DNA of 64,000 nt from Eledone cirrhosa (Eukaryota). Numbering within the stretch: the stretch's first letter is position 1; each line of letters starts with the position of its first letter. The stretch spans positions 21,514,001-21,578,000 of the forward strand of contig OZ024750.1 of NCBI GenBank assembly GCA_964016885.1, written 5' to 3'. The position numbers were made by a program, and so were the translations under genes. Under the pieces are notes generated by a model. That model worked only from the letters and a program-made list of their open reading frames with translations. It made no database searches and was not told where the DNA came from. This document shows, in pieces, positions 29,040-43,065 of the stretch.

Positions 29040-29512
29040 CGATTCTAATTTTGACACAAGGCTAACATTTTGAGAGGAATGGAAAAGTCGATTTAAGTCA
29101 ATTATTTTATCGAAACCGTATGGGTAAAAGGCAAAGTTGACCTAAGCGAGATTTCAACTCTAGAGGTCGCTAGATGTCTGAAGCATGGCATCCAACCTTC
29201 TACCAATATTGCCAATCCACCGCCTTTATTCTCCTAAATAATAATTTCTTAAATTACTACAAGTCACCAACACAGTTAAGGAAATGGGAACACCGATAAT
29301 ATCGACCGAATTACTTAACTGTTACTTTATCTTTCGACGCCGGTAGAATGAAAGGCGTGTAATTTATGATGATCACAGTGCTTGGCTGATACTTTATTTT
29401 ATAGATACCCTGAGGATGAAAGGCAAAGCTAACCTCGGCGAGATTTGAAATCAGAACGTAAAGGACCGTAACGGTATGACATCCTACCCTTTACCGATAC
29501 TGCTAATCCACC
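29040..29512 (-). mobile_element. Cluster of diverged octopod SINEs
   Basis: Repeated aaaggcaaagtt...ccaatccaccg motifs. Confidence 0.65.
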
Positions 29513-30391
29513 GTGTCCATCCTCTTATAATAAAATAGAATTTGACGTATCTATCGTTTGGCATTTTCGGTGAATGAACTGGACTCTTCGAAGAAAACCA
29601 TCAAATAAATTTCGTACTAGAGTTTTAAATAATTTACCATTAGAGCTATAAAATCGGTTTAGAACAAGTAAGTCATCGTCATTTACTTCTGCATGGATCA
29701 TAGATAAGAATTACTATAGATTTAGATAGTTAAAGGGTGAACATGACTCATTATTCACTGTACTACTGAAACTGGCATTTGACCTCACAACTCTCACGTG
29801 GATAAATAATGTTCTTTTAAACTACAATCTACAGTTCTACTATTGTGTTTATAAATCTTTTGATAACTAAAAGCTAAGTAGATGTCCTTTATCATACATG
29901 AACGATCAAAGCAAATTCTTCGTTTCAAACGATTATTAATTCACTTTGTGTTCATTCAAAGGAGTACAACAATTTTTAATATTCCTGCTAGATGTAACTA
30001 GCTATACCTCTTTCGTAAGTTTTCAAAGCTAAGTCGCTGAAACAAAAGATCTGAGGTTATCAGAAACAAGGAAACATGGGGCTGTAACCATAATATATTT
30101 TACTGGAATATTAATAATGTTAAGTGTCTTGAACTGGAAATCTAAACTGTGTCATGGCTGTTACTTAGTGTGAGCTTATATTACATAGTCCCATTGGAGG
30201 AAAACTGGGCTTTTGGCTTTTATACCTAGCTCCGTTCTTCTGATGACCGAATGCTGATGATTAAAATTCCAAATAGGAAACATATAACGATATTAAAGGT
30301 TTCTAATTTAAGCACAAGACCAGCATGAAAATGCAGGTGCTAAATTCATTATAATCTAGCCGTATACTTGACTGGTATTATGATGTATCCA

Positions 30392-30580
30392 GGTGGTGGA
30401 TTGGCACTACCGGTAGAAGGTCGGACGCCATGCTTTGCAGCACAGTTACGTCCCTTTACGGACTGCGTTCAAATCTCGCCGAGGTTAACGTTGCCTTTCA
30501 TCCTTACGGGGTCGATAAAATAAAGTACCAGTAATGTACTGGGTAATTGCTGGCCTTGTGCTATAAGTAGAAACAATTAT
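30392..30580 (+). mobile_element. Octopod SINE
   Basis: Family consensus. Confidence 0.85.
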
Positions 30581-31048
30581 GATATATTCAACATGGAATT
30601 TGAACTCAGAATGTAAAGAACGTGGACATATGCTACAAAGCATTTTAGTCCAATATTTTAACTACTCTGCCAAACAATGGACATCCGAAGTTTAATGATA
30701 TTAATGTTTTCTAGAGTATTATTCTCATCTCAGACGTAATGTTGACTCAACGCTTTGATTTATATTTTCTCTAAACTTAATGGTTCACATATCGTATATT
30801 TGAGCCTGGTCAGGATGAGGAAACGTACACCAGTATAGAGTAATCTCAACAAAAAATCTCAATCAATGGAAATAGTCAAGAAATCAATAACTTCAGCATT
30901 AGACTGACATCAAAAAAGATGTTAACGGTTCTCTATTGATGTAAGTATGACAAAAAGCCAACAGGAAATATTAATAACGCATAATATCCGTGCCAATCAA
31001 CTACTGACTATATATTCTTTCATTTATACCGTAAAAGTTATCATTTTG

Positions 31049-31101
<53 letters not shown>

Positions 31102-31559
31102 AGACTAGTTCTTTGTGTCCGTCTGTCTCTGGAGAAGCTGATGATATAGCCTCAATCTGATTGTGTCTTTCGGTATCATTCTTTGTGAGTATCTATATAT
31201 ATAAATATAGATCAAGAAAGAAGAGTGACATGGTTTGCTATACAATAAGGGCTTTATTCACATTGCTGACAATTGTTTCTCTGAACTGGTAGGTCTAGAG
31301 GTCGCTACCAGCCTGTTTTTGCGTCAATCGATCACCAATACTTTGTAATAACCAGTTTGTTATCCCGTGTATATATAAATATATATATATATATGGGGGA
31401 GGTATATAATGTATATGGGTGGGTGCGGATGCATATATTATACGTGGATTAATGGTTAGAGAGTTGGATTCACATATATACATATATTCTCACATAAACA
31501 CATGTGTGTGTGTTTGTATACGCGTACAATGGCCTATACTTTTTCTTTGCAATAGGGGC

Positions 31560-32480
31560 AGGAGGGGTAAAATTTGCTGAGAGTCTTTTTTTATCTGGAA
31601 TATTTCGTTATTCGCTCTTCAAATTGTTAAAATTGTTACACTAGCCCTGGAGTCTGATATCCGTGGTTACTGGTGCATGTCTGGATATTTGCTGACCAAA
31701 AACGGAATATATATTTTATGCTATTTTGTGCATAACCTACATATCTCGTTAGTGGAGTTGAGGTGTGAGTTTGGATCCAGTTAAGTTTCCCATACAATCC
31801 ATCTCTCTGTGTTGCGCAGTTTCACACCTCCTAGAACCAATAATATTTACATCTTTCTTCCACCTTCCAGCTGATGTGGTAATCAATAGAGTCCTCTTTC
31901 AGCTTGGATACATGGTTTGAGAGCATGGTCTTATCCAGAATAATGCCGCTTGGCTATTGTAGTATTATTTGATGTTTCATACCGTAAGATTTAGATTATT
32001 GGTGTTGTGTGGGTTTGACAATTTCACTGTTGCCTCGTAGACTATTGCCTTTGTCGTACAAGCCCCTTATTTTTAAGTCGAAATATTTGAAAGTTTGTAT
32101 GGTCTCTTTCCTTAATCTATCGAGTGCGTTTGTGTTGCTAGCTAATGCCAGGACATTGTCTCTGTATTGTCCTCTCGGTCAAAGGAGTTCATGCTAACGT
32201 CAAATGATTCAGTTGGGTCGGGCGTTTTTACCCATTTAGTGTCTTCTCTGAAGTGCAGGGTTCTTCTGGTGTGCATCCACTTGCGTTCCTCTATCACTAT
32301 AGGGCAGATAGTGCTGGGGAAACCTAGTGCTCTATCGAGTAGGTCTTAGGAAGTGGAAGGTTTGAAGTCTACTATATACCATTGCATAAATCTGGCATGC
32401 ATCTTGTGGCCGGTTTTGCTAAACCAGCGAATTATTTCCTCACCATTCGTCCATTGTTGTAAGCAAATGGCCTTCCTAAT
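31560..32480 (-). pseudogene. Decayed, internally deleted Penelope-like element
   Basis: Minus-strand fragments IIRWFSKTGHKMHARFMQWYIVDF, HTRRTLHFREDTKWVKTPDPTESFDVSMNSFD, QYRDN...DRLRKETIQTFK and EICRLC are colinear with the 43066-45465 protein, with stops and frameshifts. Confidence 0.75.
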
Positions 32481-33498
32481 CTTAGTATTGATATGCTTTT
32501 GTATATGATATGGACCAGAAACTCACGAGAAAGTCGTGGAGGCACTATATTGACATAAGGCGTTTCTTGTGCATTTTGAAACCCGGTGAAGTGCAATTCC
32601 TCATCAGGATTGAGTATAGCAGATTCCTTCCACAGAAGGCTAGGAGAGCAAGAGAATGGAATGGAGAAAGACATATAGAGAACGAATTGACCCCATTACT
32701 AGACTGTTACTTTTTCATCGACCTAGGATAGATGAAAGGCAGGTCACTCTATCCAATTTTCTAATTACTCTTCCAATATACATTATATATATATATTATA
32801 CGAAATATCCCATCCCTCACTGGAGCGGCTTGCTGCTTGTAAATGTGGATAGTAATTCAATATCAGCTAATTTTGCTTTTTGGTACCGTACCACTGAATG
32901 AGCGGTGCTTATATAGCAATTTATTTTCGTATAGTTCTTTGGTGTAGATCGGAAATAAGTCCCCCCGCCCCGCCCTACCTTTCGTAATTTACAATATGAG
33001 AGATGGCAACTTTTAGAAAGCAGACAAATCTACAAGAGTCTCAGACCACTAATGATAGACCACTTTGTCAATTAACAGTAAATAGATTTGTAAAATGAGA
33101 CGAGCTTTGGGTTCTTGAGAAAATGTGTCTTTTGAAAAATAAATTAAGCAATATCTTTTCGAATTCATGTAAGTAATGCTGAATAGCGCGACAAAAAAAT
33201 AAAGATGGAAGGAGATGGAAGGGGTAGGAGAAATTGAGAAGTGAAAAGATAGGTTAATAGAAAATAAGAATTTTGAGTAGATCGAATTACTATTATATGT
33301 GTATGTATGTCAATATAGGTATATAGTGAAGCAGAAATAAACATCAAAAAGAATATAAAGCAGGAAGTAATTATTTCTATTACCACTGATACAGGAGTGT
33401 ATTCAAAAGCTCATTATGAATGCTGGCATATACATAAATTTGCAGACACGTACACACACATATACACACGCACACACACATATGCACGCGCACGCGCG

Positions 33499-33586
<88 letters not shown>

Positions 33587-33587
<1 letters not shown>

Positions 33588-34020
33588 TGGCAGAATCCTT
33601 AGGTTCTTGAATAACATTTCTCGTAGTATTTTTACCGACTCTTTACGTTCTGAGTTCAAGTCCCACCAAAATTAGCTTTGCTTTACATCCTTTCGAACTT
33701 GATAAGATAAAGTATCAGTAACGCATTGGGTCGATTTAATCGACGTTCGGCTCTCACAAATTTGTTAGATTTGTACCTAATTCAGACACCATCATTATTA
33801 TTATGTTATTTTAGAAACAAGTATTATCACTGTTATATCTGTACTGGCAGTATCGGTAGAGGGTAAAACGCCATGCTTTCCAGCATTGTTACGTTACTTT
33901 ACGGTCTGAGTTCAAATCCCGTCGATGTTAACTTTGCCTTTCATCCTTACGGGGTCGATAAAATAAAGTACTAGTAATGCACTGGTTAATTGCTTGTAAT
34001 TGTGCCAAAAGTAGAAACAA
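33587..34020 (+). mobile_element. Two octopod SINEs (older copy 33587-33790; younger copy 33845-34020)
   Basis: Family consensus. Confidence 0.75.
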
Positions 34021-34686
34021 CTATTTTGATTGAAATTTTTGAAAAAAGGCTTCTTTGTCCTCACTACATTAGGTAGGTTAACCCATATTCTTTATGCAGA
34101 GGGCATTCATAGGACATTTTCCTATGACAGATCGCTGATGTCTGGCTTTAAAATCGTTGGTTCTAGTTTCTTGCAGTGCCGTAAGTTTAATACCCCCTCC
34201 TTCGCGTCTTTCCACTTCTCTTCATTCTTCTAATCCTACAATCAACTCCTCCGCCAGACAAGCTGCTTTTTATCTAGGTGAGGTAAAGAGATATATTTCC
34301 TGTGAATAAAGACAAAATAAGTGAAAAATTGAAAATTTGTCAGCCTAATAACCCTCTCCATTCTCCACATAGTGAAAGAGAATGAGAGAGAAAGAGAGAG
34401 TGTGACGGTGAGAGATAGAACGATAGACAGACAGATACTCAGAGTAACAGAAGGGATAGTTAATTCTATTTTGTGATTATTGATTTGTTCCACAAATATA
34501 TATCGATACTTACATAACTGACTAATGAAGACAGACTGCTATTTTTCTATATTTCTTTTCTCTATTATTTGTTATCCACTCTCTCTCTCTCTCTCTCTCT
34601 CTCCTTCTCTATCTCTCTCTTTCTCTCTCTCTCTCTCCTTTTCTGTCTCCCTCTCCTTCTCTGTCTCTCTCTTTCTCTCTCTCCAG

Positions 34687-34799
<113 letters not shown>

Positions 34800-35006
34800 A
34801 TATATATATATATATATAGAAAGATTTGAATGGATACAGTTTAGTTGAAAGGAATTTTTTGACACGTGTTTCTATAACAGTTACATAACCTGAAAACAGC
34901 TGCTATCTACAAAGTTTTAGTTATGCAGACATTCAATATTTCAATGTTATTATTTACTGTGTGTATATATATATGTATATAAAAACCAAATAGGTCCTCA
35001 ATAATA

Positions 35007-35127
35007 TTATTTTGATGAAATGACAGTAAATAATAACATTGAAATATTGAATATCTGCATAACTAAAACTTTGTAGATAGCAGCTGTTTTCAGGTTATGT
35101 AACTGTTATAGAAACACGTGTCAATAA
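35007..35127 (+). ncRNA. Type I hammerhead ribozyme with a long stem II
   Basis: ttatt-TTGATGA-a-atgacagt...actgttat-a-GAAA-cacgtg-TC-aataa. Confidence 0.6.
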
Positions 35128-35277
35128 ATTCCTTTCAACTAAACTGTATCCATTCAAATCTTTCTATTTTTCTCCGGATTACTTTTGGAACTACAACTGG
35201 AACCGTCGAGCAAACTCTACGTGAGCTGTCAATCTACTGTGTGTAATATTTATATTACAATACAACGGAAAATACTG

Positions 35278-35341
<64 letters not shown>

Positions 35342-35678
35342 TAGTTGACCCCTTAGCCTTTGTCAAGGCAGAATTCTAGGAGAAGAAAAACTCTGATATA
35401 ACACCTGCAATCCTGATGGTATCCAATGTATGCGGGTGTGGAGCGTGTGTGTACCCACTCACTTTTAACTGTGACTGACTGTATCCCTACGGATTTGTTT
35501 GATGTCCAGCGTCTTTTGCAGCGATAGAAGTCTAAAAACTTTTATGACCTCAACTAAAGCTAATAGCTGTCGCCTTGTCTCTGACTGACTGGTGTGTCTC
35601 CATATGAGGGAATGAATTCTGTGAGAGAACATCGTTATTTTTTCTCCCTCATATCAAGAATTTGAAGACAATTCATTT

Positions 35679-35752
35679 TCACCTGATGAGATCAGTGATA
35701 ATCGATCATGGCTTCACAATCGATCTATCTCTTATTGAAACATGTGTCGTGA
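35679..35752 (+). ncRNA. Type I hammerhead ribozyme
   Basis: tcac-CTGATGA-...gata-atcgat...atcgat-c-tatc...-GAAA-catgtg-TC-gtga. Confidence 0.7.
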
Positions 35753-35793
35753 TTAAGTAATTGGAATTTTACCTTGCCTTCGGATTTTCATTT

Positions 35794-35847
<54 letters not shown>

Positions 35848-35848
35848 T

Positions 35849-35881
<33 letters not shown>

Positions 35882-36107
35882 ATATATATATATGATCAGA
35901 GCAAACAGCACGGACACTCTATCTCAAAATTATTTTTGAAAAGCATTTAGAAATGCGCAATCGGTAAAAACTTAAAAACTTAAAACCACAACTGAATACT
36001 AACCCATACAATCACTAATACTCTTTTATTCCTAATTAAACCATTTTTCAACTGTGAACAATTTGTCAGCATTTTCTATTCCGTTTACCAATATATATAC
36101 ATATATA

Positions 36108-36178
<71 letters not shown>

Positions 36179-36247
36179 TATGAAGAGAGAAGAAACATTT
36201 AGATATAATTAGTAATAAAATGTATCATACCTAAACTGTTCCTAAAT

Positions 36248-36333
36248 TCCTCGACTACGTAGTTTCGTGGCATAAACAAAAACAATATATCAAAGATATA
36301 GTCCTTGCGAGGTCTGCCGACTTATCAAGAGGA
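36248..36333 (-). ncRNA. Type I hammerhead ribozyme, U3-A8 core variant (copy 1)
   Basis: tcctc-TTGATAA-gt-c-ggca...tgcc-ac-GAAA-ctacgtag-TC-gagga; perfect 5-bp stem I and a palindromic stem III. Confidence 0.8.
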
Positions 36334-36836
36334 TACCTCATTTTACTAGTCTCAAGAACGCGTCTACACGACGTGAGAAAGAATCCCAAAAGGCGGAGGG
36401 GGAGATAGACACGCGATATAACGGTCGAGAAACAGAGCTAAGCCTCTTATAACCACGAAAAAAATACCACGGAGGCGGAGGGGGTATTCATATCGAGGCC
36501 GTAGAAGAGGTAGTGAAGAAGGCGAGAAGTATGAGTAATGGAAGCTTTCCAGTTGTCCCCACACTTCAAAGATTGCTCGACCAGAGGGAGTTATTAATAC
36601 ATTTAGAAACACACAGATACACGCGGACACACACATATATACATGAATGCATCCGCACCCAACTGTGAGTTAAGGGTGCCAACTTCACCGATGTTGCTCA
36701 ATGAATGACTGGGACAGACCAATTCAGTTTGAACCAGACTGAACCAGTATCAGAGTTAAAAATACATTATGAAGAGAGAAGAAACATTTAGATATAATTA
36801 GTAATAAAATGTATCATACCTAAACTGTTCCTAAAT

Positions 36837-36924
36837 TCCTCGACTACGTAGTTTCGTGGCATAAACAAAAACAATATATCAAAGATATAGAGTCCTTGCG
36901 AGGTCTGCCGACTTATCAAGAGGA
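36837..36924 (-). ncRNA. Type I hammerhead ribozyme, U3-A8 core variant (copy 2)
   Basis: Direct repeat of 36248-36333, 589 nt away. Confidence 0.8.
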
Positions 36925-37174
36925 TACCTCATTTTACTGAATTTAGGAACAGTTTAGGTATGATACATTTTATTACTAATTATATCTAAATGTTTCTTCT
37001 CTCTTCATAATGTATTTTTAACTCTGATACTGGTTCAGTCTGGTTCAAACTGAATTGGTCTGTCCCAGTCATTCATTGAGCAACATCGGTGAAGTTGGCA
37101 CCCTTAACTCACAGTTGGGTGCGGATGCATTCATGTATATATGTGTGTGTCCGCGTGTATCTGTGTGTTTCTAA

Positions 37175-37228
<54 letters not shown>

Positions 37229-37765
37229 CTGTAAACGTGCGTGGCTTAGTGATAAGTCTGTTGGGCTCACAATTACAAGGTCGTTAGTTTGATTTAAAAT
37301 ATGAAAAAAATGAATATTTCCGGAATTGTCTTGCTTCATGTAATTAAATGAAAAATGTGATTAAAAAAAAATAATTCAACATAACATTTAAGGTTTCAAA
37401 GCAAACTTGCATTATCTTTTGTTTCAATTAATATTTTCATATATAGATGTTGTTGGGGTTTTATGGTGTGTGATTTTTTTGTGTGTGTGGAAATCGTTTG
37501 TTGCTGTGACTATAAATTAATGGAAAATTATTCATTATCTTCATTTTCTTTACTGCCAACGTTCGTTATTCCTGTGTACATAAAGGGATATATAGAAAAG
37601 ATGCATGCCACATGGATTTGTTCTTAGGATGTTCGGCTCACGGTCGTATGGTCGTGTATTCGATTCCTCATACTATTGTGTCCTTGAACACTTCATTTTA
37701 TTTCATATTAATCCACTCCATAGAGAGAGAGAGAGAGAGAGAGCGTGTGTTTGTGTGTTTGTGTT

Positions 37766-37798
<33 letters not shown>

Positions 37799-37799
37799 A

Positions 37800-37887
<88 letters not shown>

Positions 37888-37888
37888 C

Positions 37889-37958
<70 letters not shown>

Positions 37959-38029
37959 GTGTAAGTGTGTGTGTAAAAGGAAAAATTCCTTCCAGTACAA
38001 TAACCGAAGCACGTTTAATCTGACACTAA

Positions 38030-38218
38030 TAATTGTTTCTACTTTTGGCACAAGGCCAGCAATGATATCAGTTTATTACTGGTACTTTATTTTATCGACC
38101 CTGTAAGGATGAAAGCAAAGTTATCCTCGGCGGGATTTGAACTCAGATCATAAAGGGAGGTAACTCTATGCTTCAAAGCATGGCGTCCGACCCTCTACCG
38201 ATACTGCCAATCCACCGC
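38030..38218 (-). mobile_element. Octopod SINE
   Basis: Reverse complement of the family consensus. Confidence 0.85.
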
Positions 38219-38924
38219 TACCTCGCCTCTTCAACGTTCAACAGAAGGGAAGGGTCCTCAACATCTGACACATCTGACACATGGCTATGCTTGGGCATTT
38301 TAAAACTTCCAGAGCACATCACTTCCCTGTTAGATTGTCTACTTAAGTATAAAAATGTGTTTACCTGTAATTCAAAAAGACAGGCATGTTATACTGTCAC
38401 ACTAAATCTTATCGAGAACTACTTTAAAGCTGTCCTTCTATACAACGCTCCTTCATTTGCTCTTTCTACAAGGAGTCGTAACCAACGGATGGTATCAGCA
38501 GTATGAAAGACAAAGGAAATAATGTTTCATTGATCCTATCTGACGATCGATCCATAGCATCAGCGATGGAAAAAACAGTGGTAACGTTGCTTCTTTTGCC
38601 AGGTGTGATCTTTGGGCAATTTCCTTTCCCATATCTTTGCCTTTATAGGCGATGACAGTGGGAGTTCGGCTCTTCCAGGTTCGGACCATATCCTAGTGGT
38701 TGTATTGACCACTTATAAACGTATTTTGTTTCACTCTTTTGTAAAGTCTCAACTACTGTAAAGTTATCACCATATTTACACACACTACACAAATATAGCA
38801 TAAAATATTTAGAGGTTAATATATATAAAACCACTTGTTGACATTTTACTAACCCGATTGCACCCATTTTATTGCTTCTAGTCAGCTTTCCTCTAAACAC
38901 TTTATAATAATTTTCTCTTTACAG

Positions 38925-39139
38925 GAAGATTCTTTAATGTTGGAATTAGCCCCACGCGTCCATCATCAGTGTGAAGCCATGATAAGTCTTCTTGACCGTT
39001 ATAATTGGACTGATTTCGCCATAATAACAACAGAGGCCGATGGCTACAGTGAATTCACCTATTCTTTACGGACGCTGGCCAAGAAATACAGTCGTACTTA
39101 CTCAGCAGACGTTATAGCACATATTCAGTTTGAAAAAAA
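38925..39139 (+). CDS. Nmdar2: Internal exon of an NMDA-type glutamate receptor GluN2/NR2-like subunit (amino-terminal domain)
   Basis: Acceptor ttttctctttacag| at 38924 and donor AA|gtgagt at 39140; 215 nt, phase 0 to phase 2. Translates to EDSLMLELAPRVHHQCEAMISLLDRYNWTDFAIITTEADGYSEFTYSLR..., which matches the invertebrate NR2 pattern LxLAPxIxHQxxAMLSxLxRYxWxxFxxVT as I recall it (no search run). Confidence 0.85.
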
Positions 39140-39338
39140 GTGAGTATTCATTCTTTTTCAATGTATTCAAACGTTCACGTATGTATGTATGGATAGATGG
39201 ATGTATGTATGTGTGTACGTACGTATGTAAGTATGTATATATGTATCTATGCTGTACGTATGTATGTATATATGTACGTACGTTTGTATATACGTATGTA
39301 CATATGTACATATGTACGTATGTACGTATGTATGTATG

Positions 39339-39933
39339 TTGGTGCTACTGGTAACATGTATCCCAGTACAACCTGTCTCATGGTCGGGTCGTTGGCGACT
39401 AAACTGGCAACCCCACCAAGGTTTCTTGGTGAGGAGGGTGACTTTGGACATCCTGCAGGACTAAAAACAAAACCTGTCAAAGGGCAAAGGAGCTCTTAAG
39501 AGTCAATGGCCATCCAAAATCACCGGGAGAGATGACCCCTTAGCCTTTGTCAAGGCAGAATTCTAGGAGAAGGAAAACTCTGATATAACACCTGCAACCC
39601 TGATGGTATCCAATGATGTTGACTTGTTCTTCTTTTTGGTAAATATCATCTTGGTTAAGAGAGTGGGACTGGCTTTGTGCAGTGCCTTTGCTCACTATAA
39701 AAGCTTCACGGCACAGGCATTGCTTTATATCTGGAGATCTCTCTGCACTTGTCATCACATGGTACCATGGGCCCAGCACTGTGTGTCAATAATTGTCACA
39801 GGTGTAGTGTTTGTACCAGAGTTTTCAAGTCGCTGGCAGGACTAAAAAGTCACACTCGTTCAGCGCATCAGTAGGGGTTCTCCTACATGGATATAAAGTA
39901 GTGGCCGTACTCGAAAACGAGTTGGCAGCCACC
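39339..39933 (+). mobile_element. Bipartite non-autonomous RTE-derived element (5' UTR + 3' end)
   Basis: RTE 5'-UTR motif ctaggagaaggaaaactctga, and a 3' C2H2 remnant [22 protein letters not shown], with no RT between them. It sits in a TATG/TACG microsatellite and has near-identical copies elsewhere in the window. Confidence 0.7.
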
Positions 39934-40644
39934 ATATATGTACGTACGTTTGTATATACGTATGTACATATGTACGTATGTACGTATGTATGTATGTACG
40001 TATGTATATATATATATGTATGTATATATGTATGTATATATGCATGTACGTATATATGTATGTACATACTTATGTATATGTGTATGTACGTATGTACGCA
40101 TGTATGTATGTATGTATGTATGTATTTAAATGAGTTTTTGTTATATATATCTACGTGTTTAGATGTATATATATGTGTGTGTGTGTGTAATTATGTATTT
40201 AAATGATTATTTATATATGCGTGTTTGTATGTATATATATATATATGTAGGAGGGTGTTGAAGTTTGCTTGAAGCATTGTGAAATATGTAAAATACGTAG
40301 TTTAGAAACCCACAGCAATGCAGATGGGAAATCTCGAGGTAGGAAGTGAGAGAGAAATAGGAGAAAAGTGAAAATGAGAGAAACGAAAACAAAACAAAGG
40401 TAGAAGGATTACCGTAGTGGAGATTTAATATATGAATATATATGTATATATATATATACCTATATATACATATATATATATACATATATATATGTGTATA
40501 TATATATATGTATATATATATATGTATATATAGGTATATATATATATGTATATATATATGTATATATATGTATATATATAGGTATATATATATATATATA
40601 TATAGGTATATATATATATGTATATATATATATGTATATATAGG

Positions 40645-40678
<34 letters not shown>

Positions 40679-40844
40679 TGTATATATTTATATGTATATA
40701 TATATATGTATACTAGGGAGAGGATCAGGGGTGTATAACACTCCACTTATCCAGCAGGCAGTATAAGGTTAGCTCGATGTCTGAGCACAGAGCCGTGATA
40801 TAATAAATAACAAAGAACGCCTATAGCATATGCATATCTTTACT

Positions 40845-40890
40845 TGCTAACATTGTTTCATCCGCACTATAAGTGGGACTCATCAGAGCA
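40845..40890 (-). ncRNA. Minimal type I hammerhead ribozyme in the PLE 3' pseudo-LTR
   Basis: tgct-CTGATGA-gtcc-cact-tat-agtg-c-ggat-GAAA-caatg-TT-agca; same strand as the PLE ORF. Confidence 0.8.
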
Positions 40891-43065
40891 TAAAGGTTAA
40901 TTACATACCACACAAGCAATAACAAATCCAAGACATTGAAGAATGAAAAATAATAAAAGATAAAGGATATTAAGGAAGTAAAAGTAAAAATAAAAATAAA
41001 AATAAAAATAAAAATAATAAAATAAACAATGAAAATAAAAAATAATTGAAAAATAAGGGGTGCTATCAGTCACAGTTGGGCGGGGTGCAGTCAACTTATA
41101 GTTACATACAAGCATACACATGGATAAGAGAACAGACAAGAGTAGATAAGATAGATAGGATTAGGTAAGAGTAGGTAAAAAATAGGTGAAAAATAGGTAA
41201 AAAATAGACTTATAATATATATAAGAGAATATAAAAAACATACATATAAAATATAAAATATACAGATAATAGTGATACAGGGTAAGGAATGAAATAAAAT
41301 AATATAAAATTAAAATTAAAATTATATAAAATAGAACATAATATAATATAATCATAAAATAAGATAAAATAAGGTAAACTAAAATAAAATAAAATAAAAT
41401 AGACTAAAATAAAATAATATAATATAAGATATAATTAAATATAATTAAATAAATAAATAAATAAAATTAAATAAATAAATAAAATTAAAATTAAATAAAT
41501 AATTAAATAAATAAATAAGTAAATAAATAAATGAAATTAAATAAATAAATAAATAAAATGAAATAAAATGGAATGAAATAAAATAAAATAAAATAAAGTA
41601 AATTGAGATAAGATATATATTTTTTTAGAATATATTTCTTGAATATATCAGGGGCCCACGAAGGCACTAAGTGTCACAGTTATCAGTATCACTTGACCAT
41701 TTTTTTAGAATATATTTCTTGAATATATCAGGGGCCCACGAAGGCACTAAGTGTCACAGTTATCAGTATCACTTGACCATTTCAAGGCAATGGAGGCGTC
41801 CCAGGTTGGGCAGTCTCAAAAGTTCACTCGAAAGTCACGGGTGTGCATTCACACAGTTGAGCGGTGGGGTAATCACAAACCGGTTCACACCCGGGCAGGA
41901 GTCCAATGGTCAAACAGAGGTACATCGAAGGAAGGTAGGAGAATTCACGTGCAGTAGCAAGAGGCAGACAATTGGGCCGAAAGCAAGCAGGTGCAGGCGG
42001 GTTAGCCAAAGCAAGCAGACACAGTTGGAGCGCATACAAAAGATATATAAAAAATATATAAAAAAACAAAAGATATATAAAAAATAGCTTCAAGAGCCAA
42101 TATCATGAAGTCACCGCATTGGGACATCACAAGATTATACACACCAATATGTTCAGCACGTATATGCACATATACACACCACATGCATATGCAGAGACGG
42201 TATACATATATATATATTTTTTTTTATATACAGACATATACAACCACCTACACCCATACACATATAAATGTATACACAGACACACACGCACACACACACA
42301 GCGTAGGACACCCGGGTCAAAGCTGATATTAAACACAGAAATACCACATAAGGCAAGACCCACCACCACGGATAATACATTCAAAATAAATACATACGAT
42401 GAGATGTAGTAAAATAAAATTGAATTCCTACGGAGATAATCATGTCCGCACGTGCCATTGCCCGATTTAAGTGTACACAGACCGTTAGTAACTACGGAGG
42501 GCTATCGGGGCCAAAACGTTACTTTCGGGATCATAACAACGACCGTCAATATATGGAAGGCCGATCGTGCTAGAAAGACTACAACCCCGGGCAAGAGCTC
42601 CAGAAGTCAGCCTGTAGATCTTAAACCACAGAATAGGAGGGCAACACGTACATGCGCCACGTATCTACTGCTTACGGCGAGATGGCACAGGTCCGCCCAC
42701 AGTTACAGGCTAAATTTCTATTTGTGCAGCCTATATCACAGTACACGCTCTACATAGATACATTACATCATAACTCATGCGCATACAGAGGTACAGATCC
42801 GCAAGATACACGTCAGGATAGACCCACCAATGCACCAATGGTGGGTAGGCGAGCATAGATGGGTTACATCCGCTGTGCCAAACAGGGGTGCTTATTAACA
42901 TACACACCCACTCACCTGTACACCCCAATATCCAGATCAATATCCTCCCGCAGGCATACGTATACACTCACCGACTCATATACATAGAAGACAAACAATA
43001 GGAGACAGTTACACACAATAAGAGACAGTTACACAAGATAGCCCAACTGGAGAAATAAGGAAGTG

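Noticed and set aside
30240-30295. Two CTGATGA motifs followed by GAAA
   Set aside because: No stem I or stem III pairing and no NUH in position.
39345-39410. Possible HDV-like ribozyme at the 5' end of the RTE-derived element (ccagt...ctaa-actgg)
   Set aside because: P1 and P3/L3 could not be assigned by eye; it needs a covariance search.
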